Below are positions 56,284-64,000 of a DNA stretch of 64,000 nt, piece after piece (the first letter of the stretch is position 1; each line of letters begins with the position of its first letter). Made by a program: the position numbers and the translations under genes. The notes below the pieces were generated by a model, which made no database searches, was not told where the DNA came from, and saw only the letters and a program-made list of their open reading frames with translations. This DNA is from Candidatus Woesearchaeota archaeon (GTDB lineage Archaea > Nanobdellota > Nanobdellia > Pacearchaeales > GW2011-AR1), in the NCBI GenBank assembly GCA_964516745.1, contig CAZEYD010000001.1, positions 303,309 through 367,308 on the forward strand. Direction: 5' to 3'.

Positions 56284-56877
56284 ATGTTAAAAATATTAGC
56301 AGCAGCAGATCTTCATGGTGATAGATCAATAGCAGAAAGATTATCTAAAAAGGCACTGAAAAACAATATTGAATTGATAATACTCGCTGGAGATATTTTC
56401 GGAGCATTAAAAGAAACAGATGCTTCTATTTTGAATCCCTTCGTAGAAAACAATCAAAAAGTATCTTTTGTTTTGGGCAATTGGGAATCAATAGATGAAA
56501 CAAATTTACTAAAACAACAATCTAATGCAAAAAACCTAGAAAATTATTATATAACTTATAACAATGTAGGAATAGCAGGAATTGGGCATGGTAATTGGAA
56601 ATTAGTATCAGATGAAATTGGGTTTCAAAATGTGAAGAGAAATTTTGAAAGAATGGAACCATCCAAAAAGATATTAGTTTCTCATAATCATGCAGAAGGT
56701 AGTAAGGCTGAGTTCTCAGGGTTTAGGGGAGATAAAATATTAAGAAAAGCAGTTGATATATTGCAACCAGATATTTTAATATCTGCCCATATTCACGAAG
56801 CCGAGGGTATAGAAGAAAAAATCGGCAAAACCAAAATCATTCAAGTAGGACGAAAAGGGACAATAATTGAATTATAA
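56284..56877 (+). CDS. Calcineurin-like metallophosphoesterase
   Basis: AAADLHGD, LAGDIFG, GNWES, SHNHAEG and SAHIHEAEG. Confidence 0.75.
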   Translation: MLKILAAADLHGDRSIAERLSKKALKNNIELIILAGDIFGALKETDASILNPFVENNQKVSFVLGNWESIDETNLLKQQSNAKNLENYYITYNNVGIAGIGHGNWKLVSDEIGFQNVKRNFERMEPSKKILVSHNHAEGSKAEFSGFRGDKILRKAVDILQPDILISAHIHEAEGIEEKIGKTKIIQVGRKGTIIEL

Positions 56878-56917
56878 CTCCAAAACAAATAAATAGTCAG
56901 TCCTTTCTTTATTCATT

Positions 56918-59104
56918 ATGCCTAAGCCAAAAATATCTAAAAATACAACACTAATAATTACAGAAAAGCCTCAGGCTGCCGCCAAAATAGCTGCTGCCCT
57001 CTCTAATGCTAAAGATCAAAAATATACAACGAAAGAGAAGGTTTCTTATTATGAATTTCAAAGAGATGGACGAACATATATCGTAGGTTGTGCAGTTGGT
57101 CATCTATTTGGTATCCAACAAATTGCACAAAGAGGCCCATTCCCAAATTTTGACATAAAATGGCAACCAGCTCATCAAAAGAAGAATTCTGCATTTACAA
57201 AAAAATATTTAACAACATTAAAGAAAATATCTAAAGATGTTGACGAGTTTATTATAGCTACAGATTTTGATAGAGAGGGGGAAGTCATAGGTTGGAATGT
57301 ATTACGATACATATGTAAACAGAAAGATGCAAAACGAATGAAGTTTTCTACACTAACAAAAGACGAATTAGAAAGATCTTTTCAAGAAGTTCATTCACAT
57401 ATCGAATGGGGAGCAGCATATGCAGGAGAAACAAGACATTATCTTGACTGGTTCTATGGAATAAATTTATCTCGTGGGTTAATGAAAGCATTATCAAAGA
57501 CAGGACAATTTAGAATTCTTTCGATAGGAAGAGTTCAAGGACCATCATTAAACCTTTTAGTAGAACGAGAAAAAGAGATTAATAAATTTATTCCAACACC
57601 ATATTGGCAGATATTTACACAAATAAGAGATATAAAAAAACAGAAAGCTGAATTAAAATATACAAAAGATATTACAAACAAATCAGAGCTACTTAAATTT
57701 CAACATCTAAAAGGGAAAAAGGCAATAGCAGAAACAAATTCAAGAGAGGATAGCATTTTAGCTCCGATACCGTTTGATTTGACAACATTGCAAACAGAGT
57801 GCTATAAGCATCTCAGACTCACTCCGTCACAAACATTAAGTGTTGCCCAAGGACTTTATACTAATGGAATTATATCTTACCCAAGGACATCATCACAGGA
57901 ATATCCAAAAGGAATAGAATATGACAAGATATTGAAACGTATTAAAAAATATACAACTCTTGTTAAATATATTACAAATAAAACTCCAACCAAAGGTAAG
58001 AAAAAAGATCCAGCTCATCCCGCAATATATCCGACAGGAGAAACAAAAAAGCTAAAAGATCTTGAGAAGAAGGTTTATGATTTAATTGTAAAAAGATTTA
58101 TATCCTGTTTCTGTAAACCGGCTATAGTAGAAAGAAGACAAGTAGCTGTTATGATAAATAACTTAAAGTTTACTATGAACGGAAGCTCCATTAAAGAAAA
58201 AAATTGGATGAACGTCTACCCTACAGATATAAAAGAAGAATCAATCCCAACCATAAATGGAGATGTCGATGTACTAGAGATTAGAACGGAAGAAAAAATG
58301 ACGAAACCACCAAGAAGATATACACCCGCATCATTAATTAAAGAATTAGAAAAAAGGGAACTAGGGACCAAGGCAACAAGGTCATCAATAATAGAAACAT
58401 TATTTAACAGAGGCTATGTCGCCGGTAAGTCAATAGAGGTAAGCGATTTAGGAATGCAGATGCATAAAACACTCGAAGAGTTTGCTCCTCTAATATTAGA
58501 TGAAAAGATGACAAGTCAAATGGAAAAACAAATGGAAAAAATAGAATTATCAACAAAGAATTATCAAGAACAAGAAGGCAAATTACTTGAAAAAGCTAAA
58601 AAAGATATCATATCGATAGCAAAAAGTTTCACAAAAAATTTAGATAAAATTGGAGAGTCCTTAGCCGATGCAAATCAAAAAGTATGGGATCAAGAACGTG
58701 AAGCAAATACAATGAATGAATGTCCGGTGTGTAAAGAAGGAAAACTAACAGTTCGTTATGGTCGTAAGTTTTCACGATATTTTGTAGCTTGCAATAATTA
58801 TCCAAAATGTAAAACAACGTTCTCATTACCACCCAACGGAGTTATGAAACCAGCGAGAGATAAAGATAAAGAACTAGAATTATGTAAAGAATGTGGATAT
58901 CCATTAGTAGCCTCTTTCAAGAAAGGAAAAGCTCCATGGAGATTTTGTTTTAATCCAACTTGCCCAACAAATAAAGAATTACAAGAAAAAAAAGAGGAGT
59001 TCAAAAAGAAGTTGGCATCAGGGGAGGTCATAATAAAGGACGGAAAGATTATTGATACAACAAAAACTGTTCCAAAGAAAAAACCCCGTAAAAAACAAAC
59101 TTAA
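56918..59104 (+). CDS. topA: Type IA DNA topoisomerase
   Basis: Toprim LIITEKPQAA and ATDFDREGE, active-site ISYPRTSSQEY, and C-terminal Cys4 Zn-ribbons. Confidence 0.9.
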   Translation: MPKPKISKNTTLIITEKPQAAAKIAAALSNAKDQKYTTKEKVSYYEFQRDGRTYIVGCAVGHLFGIQQIAQRGPFPNFDIKWQPAHQKKNSAFTKKYLTTLKKISKDVDEFIIATDFDREGEVIGWNVLRYICKQKDAKRMKFSTLTKDELERSFQEVHSHIEWGAAYAGETRHYLDWFYGINLSRGLMKALSKTGQFRILSIGRVQGPSLNLLVEREKEINKFIPTPYWQIFTQIRDIKKQKAELKYTKDITNKSELLKFQHLKGKKAIAETNSREDSILAPIPFDLTTLQTECYKHLRLTPSQTLSVAQGLYTNGIISYPRTSSQEYPKGIEYDKILKRIKKYTTLVKYITNKTPTKGKKKDPAHPAIYPTGETKKLKDLEKKVYDLIVKRFISCFCKPAIVERRQVAVMINNLKFTMNGSSIKEKNWMNVYPTDIKEESIPTINGDVDVLEIRTEEKMTKPPRRYTPASLIKELEKRELGTKATRSSIIETLFNRGYVAGKSIEVSDLGMQMHKTLEEFAPLILDEKMTSQMEKQMEKIELSTKNYQEQEGKLLEKAKKDIISIAKSFTKNLDKIGESLADANQKVWDQEREANTMNECPVCKEGKLTVRYGRKFSRYFVACNNYPKCKTTFSLPPNGVMKPARDKDKELELCKECGYPLVASFKKGKAPWRFCFNPTCPTNKELQEKKEEFKKKLASGEVIIKDGKIIDTTKTVPKKKPRKKQT

Positions 59105-59832
59105 AATAATCCTTTTTTCCTAATTCCTAAATTAATTATTTCAAATCCCATTTCTTTTTCTCTAATACTTCTATGCTTTCTCAGTATTAGTTTTCGTCTT
59201 CCAAAATTATTTTGTAGCTCTATCAAACATTTGCTCCAATATTTTAACAAATCTCCACCAACCATATTTGTTTTTTTTTCCGTTTTATAATCAAAATTTT
59301 TCTCAAAGTTTGAATAAACTTGATTTGTAACTACAACAGGAATATTTTTTTTCCTAGCAATTCCATTCAAGAACATTAATTGTTTAGCCATCTTTCCATT
59401 AACGCTTTGAATTTTATCTTGTTCTTTAGACTCAATAGCTTCTGCTAATTCAAGTCTATATAACATTCCAATAGAATCCACAATAATTAGAGAAATATCA
59501 CCTACTCTTAATTGTTTAGCTAAGTCTTCAAAGGCTTTTTCTTGTTCGGCAAAAGTTGTAGGATTTAAAATCAAGACATTAGCAATATCTCTCTCAATCT
59601 CATCTTTTTCTCCATTATGTATTTGTTTAAAACGATCTATAGAAAAGCTTCCCTCACTATCTATAAAGATAAGTTTGTTCCCTTTTTTTGCTTGACTGAC
59701 AGATAGGCACATACAAAAATTGCTTTTGCCACTTCCACCCGGACCATAAATAGTAGTAATTATATCTTTCTCGAACCCACCCTGTAAAAAACGATTTAAA
59801 TCGTAACTACCCGCAGAAATTTTATTGGCCAT
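59101..59832 (-). CDS. radB: RadB-type RecA-family ATPase
   Basis: MANKISAGSYDLNRFLQGGFEKDIITTIYGPGGSGKSNF (Walker A) and LIIVDSIG (Walker B). There is no N-terminal HhH domain. Confidence 0.8.
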   Translation of the reverse strand: MANKISAGSYDLNRFLQGGFEKDIITTIYGPGGSGKSNFCMCLSVSQAKKGNKLIFIDSEGSFSIDRFKQIHNGEKDEIERDIANVLILNPTTFAEQEKAFEDLAKQLRVGDISLIIVDSIGMLYRLELAEAIESKEQDKIQSVNGKMAKQLMFLNGIARKKNIPVVVTNQVYSNFEKNFDYKTEKKTNMVGGDLLKYWSKCLIELQNNFGRRKLILRKHRSIREKEMGFEIINLGIRKKGLF

Positions 59833-59870
59833 AATATAATAACATAAAGTCAAAATTAAAAAGATTTAGA

Positions 59871-60659
59871 TTATTCAACATTCATGATTTCCAATTCGGA
59901 ATTCAGGATTTTTAATTCTTCACTATGTAATTTAGCAGTAATATGGATATCTCCAAAATGGATAGGCTGCCAAAGATACAGTTTCTGTTGATTTGCAAGA
60001 TGCAATATTGGCAAAAACGATGCAATCTTTTCTTCCTTATCTTCAGCAAGATGATGGAATTTTATAGAATCGTTTTCAGGCTTAGAAAGATGATCACTAA
60101 TAATATCATAAATCTTTTTTACCCTGACCTTCAAAGGAATATGCTGTTGTGGCAATACCATTAACGCTGATTTCTCGGCCTGTCGAGTTTTAATATGTTT
60201 TTTAATTCTTCGATTTTCAGTATTTATAGCATGGTTCAATGCCTTCATTAATTCATCAATAGTTACCTTTTTATGACGAGCAAGTGGGGTTCTCAGAACA
60301 AGTATTGGTAAGTCATCTTCATCAATATTAAAATCCTCCAAGCCTAAAACTGTTTGAGTTTCTTTCTTACCATATAACGCATCATTCAATTCTTGAATAT
60401 ATTGATTAGCTAATATATCAGATTTTAATCTCAGAAACAGAGAACAAGCTAGAAGAACTTTGGAAGAAATAAAAAAATCAGCTTCCTCTAACATTTGTAT
60501 AACCTCCAGATATCTATCGGCAAGAATACCAATATCAATATCCCATGGATTAAGCTGATCAGTTTTAATCAAATCATATATTATAGATTGCCAACTCAGC
60601 TCATTACTTGTAATTAAATCAAAGAATTGATTCTGATTTATTCTATCACCTCTTTCCAT
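59871..60659 (-). CDS. scpA: Segregation and condensation protein A (kleisin ScpA)
   Basis: FDLITSNELSWQSIIYDLI...NPWDIDIGILADRYLEVI. The ATG at 60659 lies 12 nt after AGGAGGA. The ORF-track TTG start is at 60671. Confidence 0.75.
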   Translation of the reverse strand: MERGDRINQNQFFDLITSNELSWQSIIYDLIKTDQLNPWDIDIGILADRYLEVIQMLEEADFFISSKVLLACSLFLRLKSDILANQYIQELNDALYGKKETQTVLGLEDFNIDEDDLPILVLRTPLARHKKVTIDELMKALNHAINTENRRIKKHIKTRQAEKSALMVLPQQHIPLKVRVKKIYDIISDHLSKPENDSIKFHHLAEDKEEKIASFLPILHLANQQKLYLWQPIHFGDIHITAKLHSEELKILNSELEIMNVE

Positions 60660-60778
60660 AGTATGTTTCAATCCTCCTGATTAATAAATTTACCCACAGG
60701 GTGATGTCACTAAGCGATTACAACAGAACCAAAAACTTTATAAAGGTGGATAATATAATTATATTATCACCTCTTTTT

Positions 60779-60834
60779 CCCCAGGAGAGCGCGGTAAGGC
60801 ATCTTTTTAGCCGCTTTATCGCATCTCCCAGGGT
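60779..60834 (-). ncRNA. Candidate small structured RNA (GC-rich hairpin with internal loop), function unknown
   Basis: This is a local GC island in an AT-rich spacer. On the minus strand ccctgggaga...tctcctgggg pairs over 10 bp, including 2 G-U pairs that would be A-C mismatches on the plus strand. Inner stems gcg/cgc and gcgg/ccgc also pair. An AT hairpin at 60744-60772 plus a T-run follows on the minus strand. Confidence 0.25.
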
Positions 60835-60934
60835 ATATTAAAGTATTAAAATTAATATTTCTAGTAAAACAATGAGAAGTATAATTTCTTAAACATATAT
60901 AGTCATTAAATAAAAATATCAATAATCAGTAGGT

Positions 60935-61159
60935 CTATTCTAACTTAGCTTCAACTTCTTTCTTATCAAATTCTGTAAAATGACATCTTCCACAATAGGC
61001 TCTTCCTTGACCAATAGATAAAAAGATTCCAGGGCCACATCTAGGACAACTTCTAGCTCTTATTAACTTCTCACCATCAATTTTATACTTTGTATATTTC
61101 TTTGAGGTTGGTTTGTTAACATGTTTTTTCTTACCTTTTATTTTTGACTTGATTGCCAT
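60935..61159 (-). CDS. rps27ae: Ribosomal protein eS31 (S27ae)
   Basis: CPRCGPG...CGRCHF Zn-ribbon with a basic N-terminus. Confidence 0.85.
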   Translation of the reverse strand: MAIKSKIKGKKKHVNKPTSKKYTKYKIDGEKLIRARSCPRCGPGIFLSIGQGRAYCGRCHFTEFDKKEVEAKLE

Positions 61160-61548
61160 TATTCTGTTGCCTCCTCAATATTTTCCTTAACCTTTTCTTC
61201 TTTTGCTGCTGCTGCAGCTTCAGTAGCAGCTTTCTCTTCTGCTTCCTTCTTTTTCTTTTCTTCTGCCTCTCTTTCCAATCTATCTTTTTCCATTTTTATT
61301 CTAACTTTTTTAGGAATAGCCATATATTTACTCTTAGCTTCAAGAGAATTATAGACAACTAGATCAACAATAAAAGATTGCTTTCCAAAGTTAGTATGAA
61401 TTTTTCTAATAACAGTTAATTCAGCATTTTTACCTAATTCTGCAATAACCTCGTACTTCGTAGGAGAAGCTCTATTCACAATTTTTAACATAAATTCTTC
61501 CCTCTCCAAAAAGGGATTGCTATTTTGACTAATAATTTTTGATTCCAT
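61159..61548 (-). CDS. rps24e: Ribosomal protein eS24 with K/E/A-rich C-terminal extension
   Basis: NPFLEREEFMLKI...IHTNFGKQSFIV..., followed by an EAEEKKKKEAEEKAATEAAAAAKEEK tail. Confidence 0.85.
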   Translation of the reverse strand: MESKIISQNSNPFLEREEFMLKIVNRASPTKYEVIAELGKNAELTVIRKIHTNFGKQSFIVDLVVYNSLEAKSKYMAIPKKVRIKMEKDRLEREAEEKKKKEAEEKAATEAAAAAKEEKVKENIEEATE

Positions 61549-61549
61549 T

Positions 61550-61747
61550 TTATTTTATTTTAATTGCAAATTCTCCTTCTTTATGAATATCTAATCTATT
61601 TGCAATCTCTGATTTATCAGCATTAAATACTTGTAATTTTCCCTTAAAAGTATTCGTAGACGGTGTCTCATCACATTTTGGACAACGATCTCCAATATAT
61701 ACAGCTTTACAATTCAAACATGCTTTTTCTTTTATTTTTCCTGCCAT
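61550..61747 (-). CDS. spt4: Transcription elongation factor Spt4 / RpoE''
   Basis: CLNCKAVYIGDRCPKCDE Zn-ribbon, 65 aa, downstream of rpoE'. Confidence 0.75.
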   Translation of the reverse strand: MAGKIKEKACLNCKAVYIGDRCPKCDETPSTNTFKGKLQVFNADKSEIANRLDIHKEGEFAIKIK

Positions 61748-61748
61748 T

Positions 61749-62342
61749 TTATTTTTTCTTTACAGTCTTTTTTTCAATCTTCAAGACCTTGACTGTTTGT
61801 TGTTTAGATTTCTCCTTTTCTAATTGAACCCATTCTAATTTTCCTAAGCCAGGTTGTCTCATAGTAAGACCAATTTTTGGCTCATCCCCTCTATATGAAA
61901 TTGCAACAATTCTAGCAATACAATCATCTCCCTTAACCAAAGATCTTTTACTTTCTTTACCAGAAAGAGCTCCAGTATCAGAAAAGGATACAAAATCATC
62001 CATAGTTTGTGAAATATGAATCATTCCTTTAATAATTCCTAAATTAATAAAAGCACCGAAATTTGTAATCTCTTCAATCGTTCCATACACAACCTCTTGT
62101 AATTCAGGTCTAAACACAATAACTTTAAATGTAGATTCGTAATAAGCAGAACCATCACCAGGTATAATAATACCTTCTTGAACCTCTAAAACTTCTAAAA
62201 CAGAAACAATAACTCCCATATCTTTATCTTGAAATCCAATATAAGATTCTTCAAGTTGTTTTTTAACAGCTTCATCAGTATCAGCGCTAAACTTGTCAGG
62301 ACTTACTCTTATATGATCCGTTACTAATAATTCATAGAACAT
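61749..62342 (-). CDS. rpoE: RNA polymerase subunit Rpo7/RpoE'
   Basis: The N-terminal Rpo7 fold begins MFYELLVTDHIRVSP. S1 domain GTIEEITNFGAFINLG...GMIHISQ. Confidence 0.85.
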   Translation of the reverse strand: MFYELLVTDHIRVSPDKFSADTDEAVKKQLEESYIGFQDKDMGVIVSVLEVLEVQEGIIIPGDGSAYYESTFKVIVFRPELQEVVYGTIEEITNFGAFINLGIIKGMIHISQTMDDFVSFSDTGALSGKESKRSLVKGDDCIARIVAISYRGDEPKIGLTMRQPGLGKLEWVQLEKEKSKQQTVKVLKIEKKTVKKK

Positions 62343-62466
62343 AAAATATTGGAGAAAATTCGATTTATAAATCTTTTGGAGTTACAGTAATATCAAAACA
62401 AAACAGAATAATAAGTAAAAGAGATAAACATTAAATTTTTAAATTGTTTTTAATCTAATCTTGTAT

Positions 62467-62540
62467 GGCTCTGTAGCTCAGCTGGTTAGAGCGCCGCTCT
62501 CATGAGGCGGAGGTCGAGGGTTCGTATCCCTCCAGAGCCA
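62467..62540 (+). tRNA. tRNA with CAU anticodon (elongator Met or Ile2)
   Basis: Hand-folded. Acceptor ggctctg/cagagcc, D arm gctc-agctggtta-gagc, anticodon stem ccgct/ggcgg with loop ctCATga, T arm gaggg-ttcgtat-ccctc, discriminator a. Confidence 0.85.
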
Positions 62541-62653
62541 TTAACGAACCCGAGACAGTCGAGGGCGAACAATTCACTCCGAATGAAAATATTTTCTATA
62601 ATCTTTTTCAATGAGGTGTAAATTGTAAGCAGTATCCCTCCAGAGCCATTAAC
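62524..62653 (+). repeat. 22-nt direct repeat of the tRNA(CAU) 3' end (gtatccctccagagccattaac at 62524-62545 and 62632-62653) bracketing an 86-nt insert
   Basis: The two copies match exactly. The insert 62546-62631 is homologous to 29053-29132. Confidence 0.8.
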
Positions 62654-62729
62654 CCTTAACCGTAGCGCGAAGGTTGAAGACTTTAACCCATTTCTTATGT
62701 AATGTCAGAGAAATGTCTAAGCAACCAAA

Positions 62730-63386
62730 TTAATTATTTCCAATATTACGAAATGTTTTATGAGGGTCTTGCGAAATCAAAATCCCGTCAGGTGCCAATA
62801 GTCTTTTCTCTATTCCAGAAACATAAAATCCATAAGAACTCATATTTTGATATAGATCAGCTCCCATTATATCAACGACTACATCAAATTTTCCAACTAA
62901 TTCAGGATTATTTTGAATCGCATCAATAAACGGAAAATTTATTAAATTAACTTTTTCGGGATCTAAATATACGTCACATCTTCTGACTAAAGATTCCAAT
63001 TCTGGTGTTATTTTAGGATCAATACGTAAATTAATGGCATATTGTAACATGTTTTTCATCTTTTTATAATCTGAAAGCTCTATTACTGTCGGCCTTTCAT
63101 CAAATTCAATTTTTTCTAAAATATAAGGAATCCATTCAGCCAAACCAGAACCAACTTCTAAACATTTATCAGTGGCCTTTATTTTTATTTCACTCAATTC
63201 AGAAGAATAAGTATCAACTTCTCTATGTGTTACTGGTATCCCACATGGAAGATTAAACCAAATATCGTAAACATTCTCTCTCGTGATGTTATCAGGAATA
63301 TTAATCGATAACTTATAACCCGTTTTATCGAAAATTAATAAATTTCCTTCATCGGCATCAATATCTGTTATATATTCTTCAATCAT
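62730..63386 (-). CDS. Possible SAM-dependent methyltransferase-like protein
   Basis: CLEVGSGLAEW resembles motif I, and FDVVVDIMG is a later acidic-loop-like motif. The assignment is weak. Confidence 0.45.
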   Translation of the reverse strand: MIEEYITDIDADEGNLLIFDKTGYKLSINIPDNITRENVYDIWFNLPCGIPVTHREVDTYSSELSEIKIKATDKCLEVGSGLAEWIPYILEKIEFDERPTVIELSDYKKMKNMLQYAINLRIDPKITPELESLVRRCDVYLDPEKVNLINFPFIDAIQNNPELVGKFDVVVDIMGADLYQNMSSYGFYVSGIEKRLLAPDGILISQDPHKTFRNIGNN

Positions 63387-63504
63387 ATTAAATTAATATG
63401 TAAAGGGTATTTAAATCTTAATATCCGTAACTACTAGTAAGTTAGTCAAATGATTCCTTTTTTAAATATTTAATGCAAAACCATTTTCTCAACCAACTCC
63501 CCTC

Positions 63505-64000
63505 TCACTTAAACAACCTTTTCCACAATCTCACAAGAAACCCATCACCAAAATCATTTACAACTCTCCTGTCTTCACACATCATACAAGAGCCACCACA
63601 ATCAACATCAATTTCGTCACCATCTAAAATACCATTGAAACAATAATTGCAATAAGGACTAGTAGCAATATTAGACAAATCAATATTAACATAAGGAGCT
63701 TGTTCATTTCCCTGTTTTAAGTTAGCAATAAGGGAGTCATCTAAGTTATTATAGAGACCAATATAGTCTTCACCACACTTAGTAAATGGTTGGATATAAA
63801 CGTCAACTGCAGTCGAACATTCCTGAGTTTCTCTTACATCGTTAGTGCATTTATTTGAATCTTTACATATTCTCGACTGAACACCATCATATAGATACTC
63901 ATTCTCGGACAATGTTAAAAAGTTATAATCAGGAACACAAAGATTCCAATCTTCACAAACAATATTAGGAACACACTCTTTTCGACATTCAACTTTTGAA
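63505..64000 (-). CDS. Cys-rich secreted-type protein, partial (N-terminus lies outside the window)
   Basis: The reading frame stays open upstream of the ORF-track TTG at 63912, all the way to the window edge (...SKVECRKECVPNIVCEDWNLCVPDYNFLTLSENEY...). Many Cys residues. Confidence 0.5.
   Translation of the reverse strand, partial: SKVECRKECVPNIVCEDWNLCVPDYNFLTLSENEYLYDGVQSRICKDSNKCTNDVRETQECSTAVDVYIQPFTKCGEDYIGLYNNLDDSLIANLKQGNEQAPYVNIDLSNIATSPYCNYCFNGILDGDEIDVDCGGSCMMCEDRRVVNDFGDGFLVRLWKRLFK

Noticed and set aside
1-64000. CRISPR arrays, rRNA genes and transposase-bearing IS elements.
   Set aside because: I saw no regularly spaced 25-40-nt repeats, no rRNA-like conserved stretches and no transposase-like ORFs on either strand.

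Overview
This window is a strongly AT-rich archaeal chromosome segment. The gene content looks like a small-genome, DPANN-like archaeon: aEF-1beta, L21e, L18e, S24e, S27ae, eL41, thermosome, Orc1/Cdc6, PolD, RadB, ScpA, Rpo subunits and tRNA-splicing endonuclease. About one third of the window is housekeeping: a replication island (a likely oriC, then cdc6, DP1 and DP2), pyrG, thermosome, S2 and enolase, the S13-S4-S11-RpoD-L18e-L13-S9 cluster, topA, radB, scpA, and the rpoE-spt4-S24e-S27ae cluster. The rest is cell-surface or accessory. It holds two operons of type IV pilin-like proteins with class III signal peptides (2.2-6.5 kb with a prepilin peptidase, and 32.1-39.0 kb with two ~600-aa secreted proteins). 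It also holds an S-layer-like gene, a MacB/FtsX-type ABC system, three tandem paralogous pilin genes with a FlaI/PilB-type ATPase, and a small repeat-rich island (19.9-22.9 kb) with HTH proteins, an HNH nuclease and a Xer-like tyrosine recombinase. The standout is one uninterrupted 2260-aa ORF (7822-14604, minus strand). It joins a full-length archaeal PolD large subunit (DP2, CDGDE site present) through a ~60-aa K/E-rich linker to a full-length bacterial-type C-family polymerase (DnaE/Pol III alpha, with PHP, PDFDIDF palm, KFDFLGL and OB fold). It sits in the canonical cdc6-DP1-DP2 position, and the adjacent DP1 has substitutions in several phosphoesterase (proofreading) motifs. Other notable signals: both tRNA genes are followed by homologous ~80-nt inserts and then an exact copy of the tRNA 3' end, one of them just upstream of endA. 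Three directly oriented dif-like 11-6-11 sites lie around the HNH gene and on the xer start codon. Inverted triple arrays of a 10-mer flank the island. No rRNA genes and no CRISPR arrays were seen. All calls rest on reading the translations and sequence by eye; no searches were run.
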